A program made the translations under genes and the position numbers. A DNA stretch of 63,247 nucleotides, the filler included, from a bacterium (GTDB lineage Bacteria; JALSQH01): the NCBI GenBank assembly GCA_026985515.1. It is 11 parts of 11 records of this genome, joined end to end, with 100 filler letters (N's around TTAATTAATTAA, not from the genome) between each part and the next. Parts side by side here need not be neighbours in the genome. Positions count along the whole stretch, not along the records: positions 33,931 to 43,764 come from JALSQH010000172.1; positions 43,865 to 46,226 come from JALSQH010000173.1; positions 46,327 to 56,138 come from JALSQH010000174.1; 8 more parts are not named here. The stretch is one strand, 5' to 3'. The notes beneath the pieces were generated by a model, which was given only the letters and a program-made list of their open reading frames with translations, ran no database searches and was not told where the DNA came from. This document shows, piece by piece, positions 41,250-51,181 of the stretch (position 1 is its first letter; every line of letters starts with the position of its first letter).

Positions 41250-42587
41250 TTACCTGAGGAAGTTTTTTTTAAAAAAAAGTGGATCATTTAGCAGAACTGT
41301 TGAGGTGAGGGTTAAAATAATCTTATTTTCATGCATGGAAAGAAATTTTTCTGAAGATAAAACCCTTCCATCTGGAAGAAGAAGATGTTCATCAAAGTTA
41401 CATACCTCCACAGCTCCAGGGGAAAAAAGCAATTTTTTAGCGAGAATGCACTTCCTGTCTTCAAGTACCACAAAGTAGTTGTCAAGGGGATAGAGAAAAT
41501 AGTCGAAATCCATTTTTGACAAAGTGGAATAAACATTTTTCTGTGCTCTGTATGGAGCAATTAGATCATATGGTTCTTTTCTGGTACCTATTAAAACCAG
41601 ATAGGTGAGCTGAAGAATAACCAGGAAGATTGAAACTGTGGTTATATTAAAATTCTTTTCAGAAGCATAAATTACAGGTCCCAGAAACCCAACCAGCATA
41701 ACAGGTATCAGGGCCTTTGAGACATAAGGGACAAGGAAAAGAAGAAGGGTGAAAGGAAATAATAAGCGGTAAAATGAGGATGTTCTTGGTGAATAGAAAA
41801 AAAGGGGAAAAACGTAAAGAAGCGGATTAAAATAAAGGAAAATGGAAGGATCAACTCTTTTCCCTTTGAAAATTATTTGTCCGACGCTTTCGTTATTAAA
41901 AAACAATTGCCTGTATCCAAAAAAAAGAAAGAAAGGATCATTATATCTCACCCAGGAAACAATAATGTAGTAGAGTATGAAAGGAAAAGTGACAATAATC
42001 ACTTTGAGGAATTTATTTTTATGATCATTGAAAAGCAGGATAATTGCCATCCCGAGAGGGATAACAAACAGTTCATGTCTTATTAGGGGAAGAAGAGAGA
42101 TAAGAATCAACCCTTCAATTCTCTTTTTTTCTACAAAAAGATATAAACCAGACGTTAAAAAGGCGAATCCGATAATATATGCAAAAGGTGAAAAACTCCA
42201 TTCCCATAAGGGGAGCTGTAACATGAAGAAAAAAGTCAATAAAACGGCGGAAGTGATGTTAACATATCTTTTCAAAATCAGGAAAAGGAAAAAACCTCCT
42301 GTGGTATAAGATTCAATTGTAACAATAGCAAACTGCTTCCAGGATGGAAGAAATGGAAAAATTTTAGATGAGACATAGAAAAGAAGAGTGGGAACTGGAT
42401 GAGCAATAAGGTAGGTGAGAAAAGAAGGATTTTCGCCTGCGCACCGCCCGACATAAAATCTGAGTAGAGCTACACTCTCCCATGTTTTTTTCGCTATCCA
42501 GGTATTCCAGGGTAAATTCGCAGGTAGATACAGAATCACTAAAAGTGTTAAAAAGAAAAGTATGATGAAACTGGAAAATCTTCTCAT
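41250..42587 (-). CDS. Polytopic membrane protein, probable GT-C-fold glycosyltransferase
   Basis: About 10 hydrophobic segments with HPVP and LIRHE motifs, soluble C-terminal tail; co-oriented with the GT2 gene. Confidence 0.5.
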   Translation of the reverse strand: MRRFSSFIILFFLTLLVILYLPANLPWNTWIAKKTWESVALLRFYVGRCAGENPSFLTYLIAHPVPTLLFYVSSKIFPFLPSWKQFAIVTIESYTTGGFFLFLILKRYVNITSAVLLTFFFMLQLPLWEWSFSPFAYIIGFAFLTSGLYLFVEKKRIEGLILISLLPLIRHELFVIPLGMAIILLFNDHKNKFLKVIIVTFPFILYYIIVSWVRYNDPFFLFFGYRQLFFNNESVGQIIFKGKRVDPSIFLYFNPLLYVFPLFFYSPRTSSFYRLLFPFTLLLFLVPYVSKALIPVMLVGFLGPVIYASEKNFNITTVSIFLVILQLTYLVLIGTRKEPYDLIAPYRAQKNVYSTLSKMDFDYFLYPLDNYFVVLEDRKCILAKKLLFSPGAVEVCNFDEHLLLPDGRVLSSEKFLSMHENKIILTLTSTVLLNDPLFFKKNFLR

Positions 42588-42633
42588 TATTCCTTATTAT
42601 TAACTGTGGAATTAAATTTTGCAAGGTGTAGAA

Positions 42634-43323
42634 ATGAAAATTCTTGTTGTTGCTGCACATCCCGATGATGAGGTGCTCGGGTGTGGTGGAACTGTGGCAG
42701 GTTATGTGAGAAAAGGTTTCGAGGCTTATCTCCTGCATATGACAGAAGGAGTTAAGGGAAGATACAGTAAAGACTTATGGAATTCTCCAGAGGTTAGAAA
42801 TGAAATCATGAATCTGAAAAAAGAAACGGAGAAAGCAGCAAAGATTATCGGTTTCAGAAAAATTTTTAATTGCAGCTTTGATGACCAGTATCTTGATAAT
42901 TATCCATTTGTTGAGATTGTAAAATGCGTTGAAAGAATAATTAAAAGTGTAAATCCATCCATTATTTTCACCCATTCAATTGAGGATCTGAATCTTGACC
43001 ATGTTGTAACAGCAAGGGCAGTAATTACCGCAGCAAGGCCTTTCACAGGGGTAAGAGAGATCTATTCCTTTGAGATACCATCTTCCACTGACTGGAATCC
43101 TGCAGGGAATTTTTCACCAAATGTTTTTTTTGATATTACCCCTTTTATGGATGTTAAAATAAAAGCACTTCAAGCCTATTCTTCAGAGATGCGAAAATTT
43201 TCACATCCAAGGTCAGTGGAGGGGATCAGGAGTCTTGCCAGAATACGGGGTATGCAGAGCAGTTTTGAATATGCTGAAGGCTTTACACTTGTTAAGTTTT
43301 TGAAAAATCTTGACAATAGTTGA
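42634..43323 (+). CDS. PIG-L/LmbE-family deacetylase
   Basis: AHPDDEVLGCGG, THS-x-x-DLNLDH and PNVFFDIT...KIKALQAYSSE...HPRS...AEGF motifs. Confidence 0.93.
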   Translation: MKILVVAAHPDDEVLGCGGTVAGYVRKGFEAYLLHMTEGVKGRYSKDLWNSPEVRNEIMNLKKETEKAAKIIGFRKIFNCSFDDQYLDNYPFVEIVKCVERIIKSVNPSIIFTHSIEDLNLDHVVTARAVITAARPFTGVREIYSFEIPSSTDWNPAGNFSPNVFFDITPFMDVKIKALQAYSSEMRKFSHPRSVEGIRSLARIRGMQSSFEYAEGFTLVKFLKNLDNS

Positions 43324-43368
43324 ATATTTGTTCTAAAATAATTTGAAGGGAGAAAGAAAGGAGGAATT

Positions 43369-43764
43369 GTGAGGGGGAAAAGGGTAGTATTTTTTATTTT
43401 TCTTGTAATAGAGGGGGGTAATTTATGGGGAGGAAAAGTTAACTTTACTCTGTCAGGAAGGCATTTCGGTTATCTCTCCATAGATGCTCATAAGTTTGAT
43501 AATGGGCAGCCCTATGAGAATCTCCGTGGTGCTGTAACAATGCACTGGAGTGAGAATCTTTTCTACTTTCTTATGAGGGTACTTGACAATGAATGTTGGT
43601 CTCCAAGCCCTGGAAATTTATGTAATTATAAATTACTTGGTATGATGCTTGATCCTGGCACATGGACACATCATGAAGCAGGTCCTTTAAGGACAAATCC
43701 CCTTGAACAATGTCCTAGACGAAGAAAAATTTTAGTGTGTTTGGATTGTAGAGATGAAGGAGAA
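43369..43764 (+). CDS. Hypothetical secreted protein (3' truncated)
   Basis: TTGACA-18-TAAAAT (43310-43339), AGGAGG RBS, GTG start and hydrophobic N-terminus. Confidence 0.5.
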
Positions 43765-43864
43765 NNNNNNNNNNNNNNNNNNNNNNNNNNNNNNNNNNNN
43801 NNNNNNNNTTAATTAATTAANNNNNNNNNNNNNNNNNNNNNNNNNNNNNNNNNNNNNNNNNNNN

Positions 43865-45791
43865 AGAGTTGTTCTGTTACTTTAAAAATGTTCAGTTTAC
43901 CTCCAATATCATGGATCCCGATCCTCAAAATCTCTCCATTTTTGTATCTCCTCAACTGGTCCAGAATTGCTTCTGTATCCTCATCCTGTGAGATTATTCC
44001 TGTTACTTCCTTTTCAAAATCCTTTTTTCCTTTTTTTATCCTGGTATATGTGGTGAGGACCAGTTCATCCATGAGTTCTGGATGATTTATAAAGAGGTTG
44101 GAAAGATAATTGCTTGTTCCGAAGAGTTTTATGAGAAATTTTGTCACACCTTCATTTTCATACAGGAGTGCAAGAAAGGATCTGCTTGTTATGACTTTAC
44201 TGAGGAATTTGTCCAGATTGTGAAAAGCTTCAACAGGATCGGGTGATTCTTTAAGACTTTCCATTATGGCTGGTATGAGTCGATGAAGATACTCCAGATT
44301 TTGTGGAGGAACCCATTTTTTACCTCCACTTCGGAGAAGGGCTACAAGTTTTCTTGCTTCTTCCACCGGGAGAAAAGAGAGATTTTCACGTGTAAATTCT
44401 TCAAGTTCATCTTCAGAGATTTCCATTGATTCTATGGGAAAATACTGGTATGATTCTGGAGCAGTTTTTTTGAAAAATGAGTCAAAAATTTTTGAAATAT
44501 TGCTCCTGTGATTTTGTATGTCTCTTTTAAAATTCTGGATAGCTTTCCCTCTTTCTTCCAGATATCCCACTTTTCTTGCTGTTGCCAATAACTTATCATC
44601 TGTGAATTCCAGCAACTGTGTCTGTGTATCATATTCCATCTGCAGCGCATTTTCTATTCTTCTGAGAAAGGCGTAGCCTGTATAGAGTTTGTAAAATTCC
44701 TCTCGCTGGAGAAGGCCTTCACTGTAGAGACGCAGGAGGGAATTGAAGGTGTTTTTCTCTCTCAGATTTTTCTTTTTCCCACCAAAGATCAGCTGAAGTG
44801 TCTGAACAATAAACTCAATTTCTCTGATTCCTCCTTTTCCAAGTTTCACATTCCATCCGTACTTTTCCCTCCAGAGAGCTTCTTTGTTGATTTTTTCCTT
44901 AATGACTCTCAGATCCTCAATTGTTGTGTAATCGAGTGTCCTCCGGTATATGAATGGCTCAAGATTTTTTAAAAATTTTTCTCCTGCTTCCCTGTCTCCT
45001 GCAACTATCCTCGCCTTTATATATGCACTTCTTTCCCAGGTCTGACCATATTCTTCATAGTAGTGTATGGCAAAGTCTGTTGAAGGGCAGAGGGGACCCT
45101 TTTCTCCTGCTGGTCTTAATCGCAGATCTGTTCTGAATATGAATCCAGATTCCCTTTTCTGGTCAAGGGCGCGGGAGATTTTGAGGGTCAATTTATTGAA
45201 GACTTCTTCTGATGTCTTACCTCTTGCTTCCATTTTTCTTTCAAATTCCCTTTTCTTCCCATACATGAAAATGAGGTCAACATCGGAAGAGAAATTGAGT
45301 TCTTCCCCTCCAAGTTTTCCCATTCCAGTTACAAAAAAACCACTTCTTTCAAGTTCAGAAATTTTTTCCCCGGTAACGAGAGGAAAATAAAATTTCAGAA
45401 GATTATTGATGGCAGCATCAGCAATAAAACTCACAATCCTGATTGTATCCTTCACAGAAATGAATCCCGATATATCAGAGGCAATTAGGTTCATATAGTG
45501 GAGATTCCTCCATTTCCTCAGAGAGTTGAGGAGCGCTTCTTCATCTTTGTGTTCCGGTAATGTTGCTTTTATTATCTGAGTAGCCTGATTGACTGAATAA
45601 AAGAGTGCCAGTTTCTGGACTATTTCCGGATTCTTGATTATCTCTCTGTAGGCAAAATTACTGCTGCCAAGGAGTCTTATCAATGGCACTTCAGGTATGG
45701 ATGCTCTGATCTTTTCTTTTTGAAGTATTTGATAAAGTTCTTCTGCCTTTTCCGGGTGGGCTGTACGGGAAAATATTAATTTCCAGTCCAC
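43865..45791 (-). CDS. glnE: Glutamine synthetase adenylyltransferase/deadenylylase (3' truncated)
   Basis: [26 protein letters not shown]-x-[14 protein letters not shown] and [13 protein letters not shown] motifs. Confidence 0.96.
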
Positions 45792-46225
45792 TCTTTTAAT
45801 TCCGTAAATGGATATTTTGAAATTCCTTTTTCTGTGATTATTCCTCCAGTAATAAGTTCAGCAGGTGTCACATCAAAGGCGGGGTTGTATCCTCTACTTT
45901 CCTCCGGAGCAACTCTGCAGTTTCCCACCCATTTTACTTCTCTTTCATCCCTGAATTCTATTGGAATTTCACTTCCATTTGAAATACCTGGATCAATGGT
46001 TGATAATGGCGCCACCACATAGAAAGGCACTGAGTGGTATTTTGCTGAAATGGCAAGCTGGTATGTTCCTATTTTATTTGCCGTGTCACCATTGATGGCT
46101 ATCCTGTCTGCTCCCACAATTATTGCATTTATCCTGTTATTTTTCATGACAAATGAAGCTGCGTTATCAGCAATTATTCTATGTGGAATTCCCTCCTTAG
46201 AAAGTTCCCAGGCTGTGAGTCTTGC
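45776..46225 (-). CDS. mtnA: S-methyl-5-thioribose-1-phosphate isomerase (5' truncated)
   Basis: [31 protein letters not shown]-x-R and NPAFDVTP motifs. Confidence 0.95.
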   Translation of the reverse strand, partial: ARLTAWELSKEGIPHRIIADNAASFVMKNNRINAIIVGADRIAINGDTANKIGTYQLAISAKYHSVPFYVVAPLSTIDPGISNGSEIPIEFRDEREVKWVGNCRVAPEESRGYNPAFDVTPAELITGGIITEKGISKYPFTELKEWTGN

Positions 46226-46326
46226 TNNNNNNNNNNNNNNNNNNNNNNNNNNNNNNNNNNNNNNNNNNNNTTAATTAATTAANNNNNNNNNNNNNNNNNN
46301 NNNNNNNNNNNNNNNNNNNNNNNNNN

Positions 46327-47040
46327 GGGGGGTGGAAACCACTGTTTAACTTCCTTGAAAGCAAAATAAAGGAAAATGGAGAGATCATTACGGGAACAAA
46401 AGTCACACAGGTGGTGATTGATGGAAACAGAGTCAGAGGAGTTTATGCGGGTGGTGATTTCTTTGAAGGAAAAAAAGTTGTGGTGAATGTGCCAGTGCAG
46501 GAAATGTGGAGTTTCCTTGATGAGGAGCTATTCCCACGGGAATATGTGGAAAGAACAAAAAATCTGATCCCAACTTCCGGGGTGGTGGTGGATATAGGGT
46601 TAAAAAGGAAAGTTGCTGAGGAAAAGGGATTAATTTACTTTTATAAGCCGATGGCTTTCGGGATGTTTACATCCAACATTGATCCCTCAGTGGCTCCAGG
46701 AGGGAAACAGCTTCTCACCTTCTTTTATCCGACAGAACTGAAGGATATGCTTGACGAAGAGTCCAGAAAAAAGAGAGAGAAGGAGATAATTGACAGAATT
46801 TTTTCTCTGTGGGATATTGAGGCAAATATTGAGTGGAAAAGAATATCTCACCTGAAAATGGTTGATGGTGCCCAGATAAATGTTAATCAGACGAGGGAAT
46901 TGAGGCCAGGTTACAAAATGCCAGGCATGGAAAATCTCTATCTTGTGGGGGATTCTCTTGGGGCTCCTGGAGCTGGAGGTGATGTTGGTCATGAGTCTGT
47001 GCACGGCCTTTACAGAACTCTGACGGGGAAAGAGATATGA
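46327..47040 (+). CDS. FAD-dependent oxidoreductase, phytoene-desaturase-like (5' truncated)
   Basis: Frame open from the spacer (GGWKPL...); DPSVAP-x-GKQL and NLYLVGDS motifs. Confidence 0.8.
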   Translation, partial: GGWKPLFNFLESKIKENGEIITGTKVTQVVIDGNRVRGVYAGGDFFEGKKVVVNVPVQEMWSFLDEELFPREYVERTKNLIPTSGVVVDIGLKRKVAEEKGLIYFYKPMAFGMFTSNIDPSVAPGGKQLLTFFYPTELKDMLDEESRKKREKEIIDRIFSLWDIEANIEWKRISHLKMVDGAQINVNQTRELRPGYKMPGMENLYLVGDSLGAPGAGGDVGHESVHGLYRTLTGKEI

Positions 47041-48164
47041 ACTTCACTGATGAAGAGAGAATGTCCCTCAGAAACATTCTTGAAGTTAACCTCAATGTGA
47101 AGAAAGATGAAAAAGTTTTTGTCATCACAAATGATCCTGATACTCTTCCAGATCAGCTGAAAGGAAAGGGAAGAGATCTGTTTTTTATGGCACAGGAGCT
47201 GTATGAGATTGGAAAGGATATCTGTGATATTTCTCTTATTGTTGCCACGGCTGTCAGGATGCATGGTGAAGAGCCCGGTGAGGAAATCTGGAAGGGGGTA
47301 CTTCCAGAAGCGTATGATGAAATTGTAAGGGAAGGGATATGGGAGAGAATAAAGAGCAAGAAGGCTGGTGAAGTTGAGGGAAGAGTGTTTGAGATTGTCA
47401 GAAGATCCTCAGATAGGGTGGATGCAGTGGTGGCAATGACATATTTTTCCACTTCACATACTCTCTTCAGGAGAGTTCTCAACAGATCCAGGGGTACAAG
47501 ATATGCAAGTATGCCTCTTTTTGAACGATACATGCTCACAGGTGCCATGAGTGTAGATTACAGAGAAATAGAGAGGATTTCCGTCGCAGTGAAAGACAAA
47601 CTTGAAGGTGCAAAAAAGATTTTTATAGAGGCTCCCAATGGCACGGAGCTTGAAATTTATGTTGAAGGAAGGAGTTTTATAGCTGATACTGGTCTCCTCC
47701 ATAACCCTGGAGATTTTGGAAATCTTCCAGCTGGGGAAGTTTTCGTCGCACCTGTGGAAGGATTTTCCAGAGGAAAACTTGTAATTGAGTATGGACCGGA
47801 GGAAGGAAAACTGCCCTCACCAGTGGTTGTTTACATTGAAAATGGAAACGGTGTAAGGGTAGAAGGTGAGGGGAAGGTAAGGGATCTGCTGGAAAAAAAG
47901 TTTGAAGAGGATGAAAGGTGCAGAAATGTTGCTGAACTTGGAATAGGAACAAATGGTGGGGCAACGCATGTGGAAAATATACTTGAAGCTGAGAAAATTC
48001 TGGGTACCATCCATGTTGCATTTGGTGATAATAGCAGTTTCGGGGGTAAGGTGAGTGCTCCCTTTCATCAGGACTTCGTGGTTTTTCAGCCCACCGTGCA
48101 GGTGGAGAAAAAGGGAGAGGTGTTTTACCTTCACAGGGAAGGAAAACTCCTTATTGATTCCTGA
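47037..48164 (+). CDS. M29-like (thermophilic) metallo-aminopeptidase
   Basis: GNLPAGEVF-x-AP, AELGIGTN, EAEKILGTIHVAFGDN and HQD motifs. Confidence 0.88.
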   Translation: MNFTDEERMSLRNILEVNLNVKKDEKVFVITNDPDTLPDQLKGKGRDLFFMAQELYEIGKDICDISLIVATAVRMHGEEPGEEIWKGVLPEAYDEIVREGIWERIKSKKAGEVEGRVFEIVRRSSDRVDAVVAMTYFSTSHTLFRRVLNRSRGTRYASMPLFERYMLTGAMSVDYREIERISVAVKDKLEGAKKIFIEAPNGTELEIYVEGRSFIADTGLLHNPGDFGNLPAGEVFVAPVEGFSRGKLVIEYGPEEGKLPSPVVVYIENGNGVRVEGEGKVRDLLEKKFEEDERCRNVAELGIGTNGGATHVENILEAEKILGTIHVAFGDNSSFGGKVSAPFHQDFVVFQPTVQVEKKGEVFYLHREGKLLIDS

Positions 48165-48205
48165 AACATGGAACATTAAAAGGATAAAGATGTCCTAAAA
48201 TTGAG

Positions 48206-49159
48206 ATGTCAGAAGCTGGTAGAAGAGTAATTGCGTATTACAGAAAATTTTCAACGCTTATCAACGCCTTTCTTGTAATATTGATGGCGTATTTTCTCGC
48301 AGTGATTTTATGGGATTCTCTCGCCGGTACCATCTCTTCAAAGGTTAGGGTACCTGCTATAAAGTTTCGCCAGGAGAAGTTTTCTTCATCTGGAGTGGCC
48401 CGAAGAAGGGAAAGAGTTTCTCTGGAAAACTACAGAGTTGTTCTGGACAGGAATATTTTTGGAGTAAAGATAAATGAAGAGCAGGAAAAAACACAGGAAG
48501 TTATCAAACAGACACCTCTGAAGTTAAAATTACTTGGTGTAATTGTTTCGACTGTACCTGGCCAATCTATGGCAATAATCAGGGACGAAAATAAGGGTAA
48601 AACTGATATCTATTTCCTTCATGATAAAATTCAGAATGCAGAAATAGTGGAGATAGAGAGTGATAAAGTGATTTTGAAGAGAGGCGGAAAAAAAGAAGTT
48701 CTTCCACTTTATGAGAAGATGGCGGAGAGTGGCGGAAATCAGAGGACTCCGGAAGCACCTGTGAGAGTTATTCCTTCAGAAGTCAGGGGACCATCCCTCC
48801 CTGCAGGTGGTCCGGAACTTGATATAAGGCGGGTTGGAGAAAATACCTATGAAGTGGATAAGGAAGATTTTGACAGAATAACAAACAACCTTGGCTCCAT
48901 ACTGACTCAAGCAAGGGTTGTGCCCTATTTCAGGAATGGGAAAATAATCGGGTATAAGATTTTCAATATACGGCCCGATGGAGTGTTTGCCAAAATAGGA
49001 TTGAGAAATGGAGATATAATTAAAAGGGTTAATGGTGAAACGCTTGAAAGCCCCGAAAAGGCTTTGCAATTGTTTCAATTTCTAAAAACTGAAGATACAT
49101 TTGTCATTGATCTGCAGAGAAATGGAAGAGACATGACTCTTACATACAGGTTGAGGTGA
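48206..49159 (+). CDS. gspC: Type II secretion system protein C
   Basis: N-terminal TM, RNIFG, HR domain (LKLLGVI...AII), C-terminal PDZ (GLRNGDIIKRVNG). Confidence 0.92.
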   Translation: MSEAGRRVIAYYRKFSTLINAFLVILMAYFLAVILWDSLAGTISSKVRVPAIKFRQEKFSSSGVARRRERVSLENYRVVLDRNIFGVKINEEQEKTQEVIKQTPLKLKLLGVIVSTVPGQSMAIIRDENKGKTDIYFLHDKIQNAEIVEIESDKVILKRGGKKEVLPLYEKMAESGGNQRTPEAPVRVIPSEVRGPSLPAGGPELDIRRVGENTYEVDKEDFDRITNNLGSILTQARVVPYFRNGKIIGYKIFNIRPDGVFAKIGLRNGDIIKRVNGETLESPEKALQLFQFLKTEDTFVIDLQRNGRDMTLTYRLR

Positions 49160-49162
49160 GCT

Positions 49163-51175
49163 ATGAAGAAAAAAGGTCTTATAGTTATTTTTATGCTGAT
49201 GATTTCCACCGCAATTTATGCAAAAAAATATGTGAGCTTTTCATTTAACAATGCCGACATCAGGGATGTTGTGAAGGCTGTGAGTAAACTTACTGGAAAG
49301 GCTTTTATACTTGATGATCGTTTGAGGGGAAAAGTTACCATAATTGGTGCGGAGAAGATGAGCGTCAGGGATGCTTATAGGGTTTTTCTGACTGTTTTGA
49401 AGATGAAGGGTTTTACCGTTGTTAAAAGCGGGAAAGTTTACAAGATAGTTCAGGAGGGTAAGATTGCTGAAGAGCCACTGAGGGTATATGTGGGGAAGGG
49501 GTATATGCCGGCCACAGATGAGTATTACATCAAGATTATTCCTCTTGAGTATGTTTCTGCGGATGAGATTCAGAATGTGGTGAAAAACTTTATGACAAGA
49601 AATGGGAAACTTATAGCCTATTCTCCCACAAATGTTCTCATAATCAGAGAAACGGGGAAGGTGATTAATACCATTTTGAAAGTTATTTCGGTTATTGATA
49701 CTTCTGGCGGTGAAGTGAAGATGGAGGTTATTCCCCTCAAGTATATTCCCTCGGATGATATGGTGAAAATAATCAACGAAATCTACTCTATTAAAAGTGC
49801 CACTTCTGGAAGGAGGTTTGGTAGAAAAGAGTCTGTGGTAATAAAAGGCGGATTCAAAGTTCTCTCTGAGCCCAGAACAAATTCCATAATTGTTCTTGGA
49901 ACAGATGCTGATCTCAAAAAGGTAAAGGAACTTGTTAAAAAATTTGATGTTGAGGTGGGCGCTGCTACCAGTCAGGTGCATGTTATTTACCTTCGCTACG
50001 CCGATGCAACTGAACTCGCCTCCACAATTGCTCAGCTGGCAAGTGGGTTGAAAGGTAACAGGGGAAAGAAGGGTAAAGTGCCTGTTGCCAATTTCAACAA
50101 TGAGATCAGGATAACAGCTGATAAAGCTACCAATTCCCTTATAGTTATTGCTTCTCCTGCTGACTATGCTCTTGTGAAGAATGTTGTTTCTCAGCTTGAT
50201 ATACCGAGAAGGCAGGTTTTTGTGGAGGCAGCAATTCTGGAAATATCCCTTGATAAATTGAGGGATATAGGGATTTCAATTCATGGAGGGAGATTGCTCA
50301 ACGAGGGCGAAGCTGTTGTTCTGGGTGGAGAAGCTCTGGGTGGTATAAATACCCTTGGGCTTGGTCCCACATCCTTTGGAGGACTTGGAGGCCTCTTTCT
50401 TGGATTCCTTGGGAAGATGATTGATCTGGGGGGCGGTGTGAAGGTTCCCAGTGTGGCTGCACTTATAAGAGCTCTCCAGACGGCAAATGCCGTTAACATA
50501 ATATCCACACCTCACCTTCTCACAAGTGATAATGAGGAAGCTGAAATAGTTGTTGGCGAGAATGTCCCCTTTATTACGGGTCAGAATGTTACCTCTGGTG
50601 GAAATATTCTCACAACCATTGAAAGGAAAGATGTTGGTGTTACTTTCAGAATCACTCCTCAGATCAATGAGAGTGATCATGTGAAGCTCAAGATATATCA
50701 GGAAATTTCTCAGGTAAGTCCGCAGCAACCACAAGGGGTTAATGTTAATCAGCAGGGTCTTGTAACGAGAAAGAGATCTGCGAAGACCACTGTGGTGGTT
50801 AAGGATAGACAGACAGTAGTCATTGGTGGATTGATCTCCTCTCAGGAGAGTTACAGCGATAGCAAGGTACCCGTTCTTGGTGATATTCCTGTTCTCGGCT
50901 GGCTGTTCAGATCCAGAAAGAAAACGGTGACCAAGACTGATCTTCTGATCTTCATTACTCCCTACATCGTCAAGAATGACAGGGATCTTGTGTTTCTCAA
51001 TAACCTTCATTCCGAGCAGCTGGAAAATTTTAAGGAAGAGGTTGGGGCTGAAAGTCTCGGGAGGATTCTTAAGATCAGGAGAAGTATTAACCTGCCTGAG
51101 AAGGGGAATGTTGTAATGCCAAGGGAAGTGACCATACCCACACAGCCACAATATCCATCAGCAGTGACAAGGTAA
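49163..51175 (+). CDS. gspD: Type II secretion secretin
   Basis: N0-N3 domains (FNNADI, TNSIIV, TNSLIV), LDIPRRQVFVEA and KVPVLGDIPVLGWLFRS motifs. Confidence 0.97.
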   Translation: MKKKGLIVIFMLMISTAIYAKKYVSFSFNNADIRDVVKAVSKLTGKAFILDDRLRGKVTIIGAEKMSVRDAYRVFLTVLKMKGFTVVKSGKVYKIVQEGKIAEEPLRVYVGKGYMPATDEYYIKIIPLEYVSADEIQNVVKNFMTRNGKLIAYSPTNVLIIRETGKVINTILKVISVIDTSGGEVKMEVIPLKYIPSDDMVKIINEIYSIKSATSGRRFGRKESVVIKGGFKVLSEPRTNSIIVLGTDADLKKVKELVKKFDVEVGAATSQVHVIYLRYADATELASTIAQLASGLKGNRGKKGKVPVANFNNEIRITADKATNSLIVIASPADYALVKNVVSQLDIPRRQVFVEAAILEISLDKLRDIGISIHGGRLLNEGEAVVLGGEALGGINTLGLGPTSFGGLGGLFLGFLGKMIDLGGGVKVPSVAALIRALQTANAVNIISTPHLLTSDNEEAEIVVGENVPFITGQNVTSGGNILTTIERKDVGVTFRITPQINESDHVKLKIYQEISQVSPQQPQGVNVNQQGLVTRKRSAKTTVVVKDRQTVVIGGLISSQESYSDSKVPVLGDIPVLGWLFRSRKKTVTKTDLLIFITPYIVKNDRDLVFLNNLHSEQLENFKEEVGAESLGRILKIRRSINLPEKGNVVMPREVTIPTQPQYPSAVTR

Positions 51176-51181
51176 CGGGAG

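Noticed and set aside
43720-43764. CLDC as a heme c attachment site
   Set aside because: Followed by R rather than H, so not CxxCH; the gene is also truncated
49241-51151. Long antisense ORFs (246 and 291 aa) opposite gspD
   Set aside because: Shadow frames of a conserved gene with no motifs; the same applies to 13443-14078, 21014-21520, 57301-57843 and the other short overlapping ORFs
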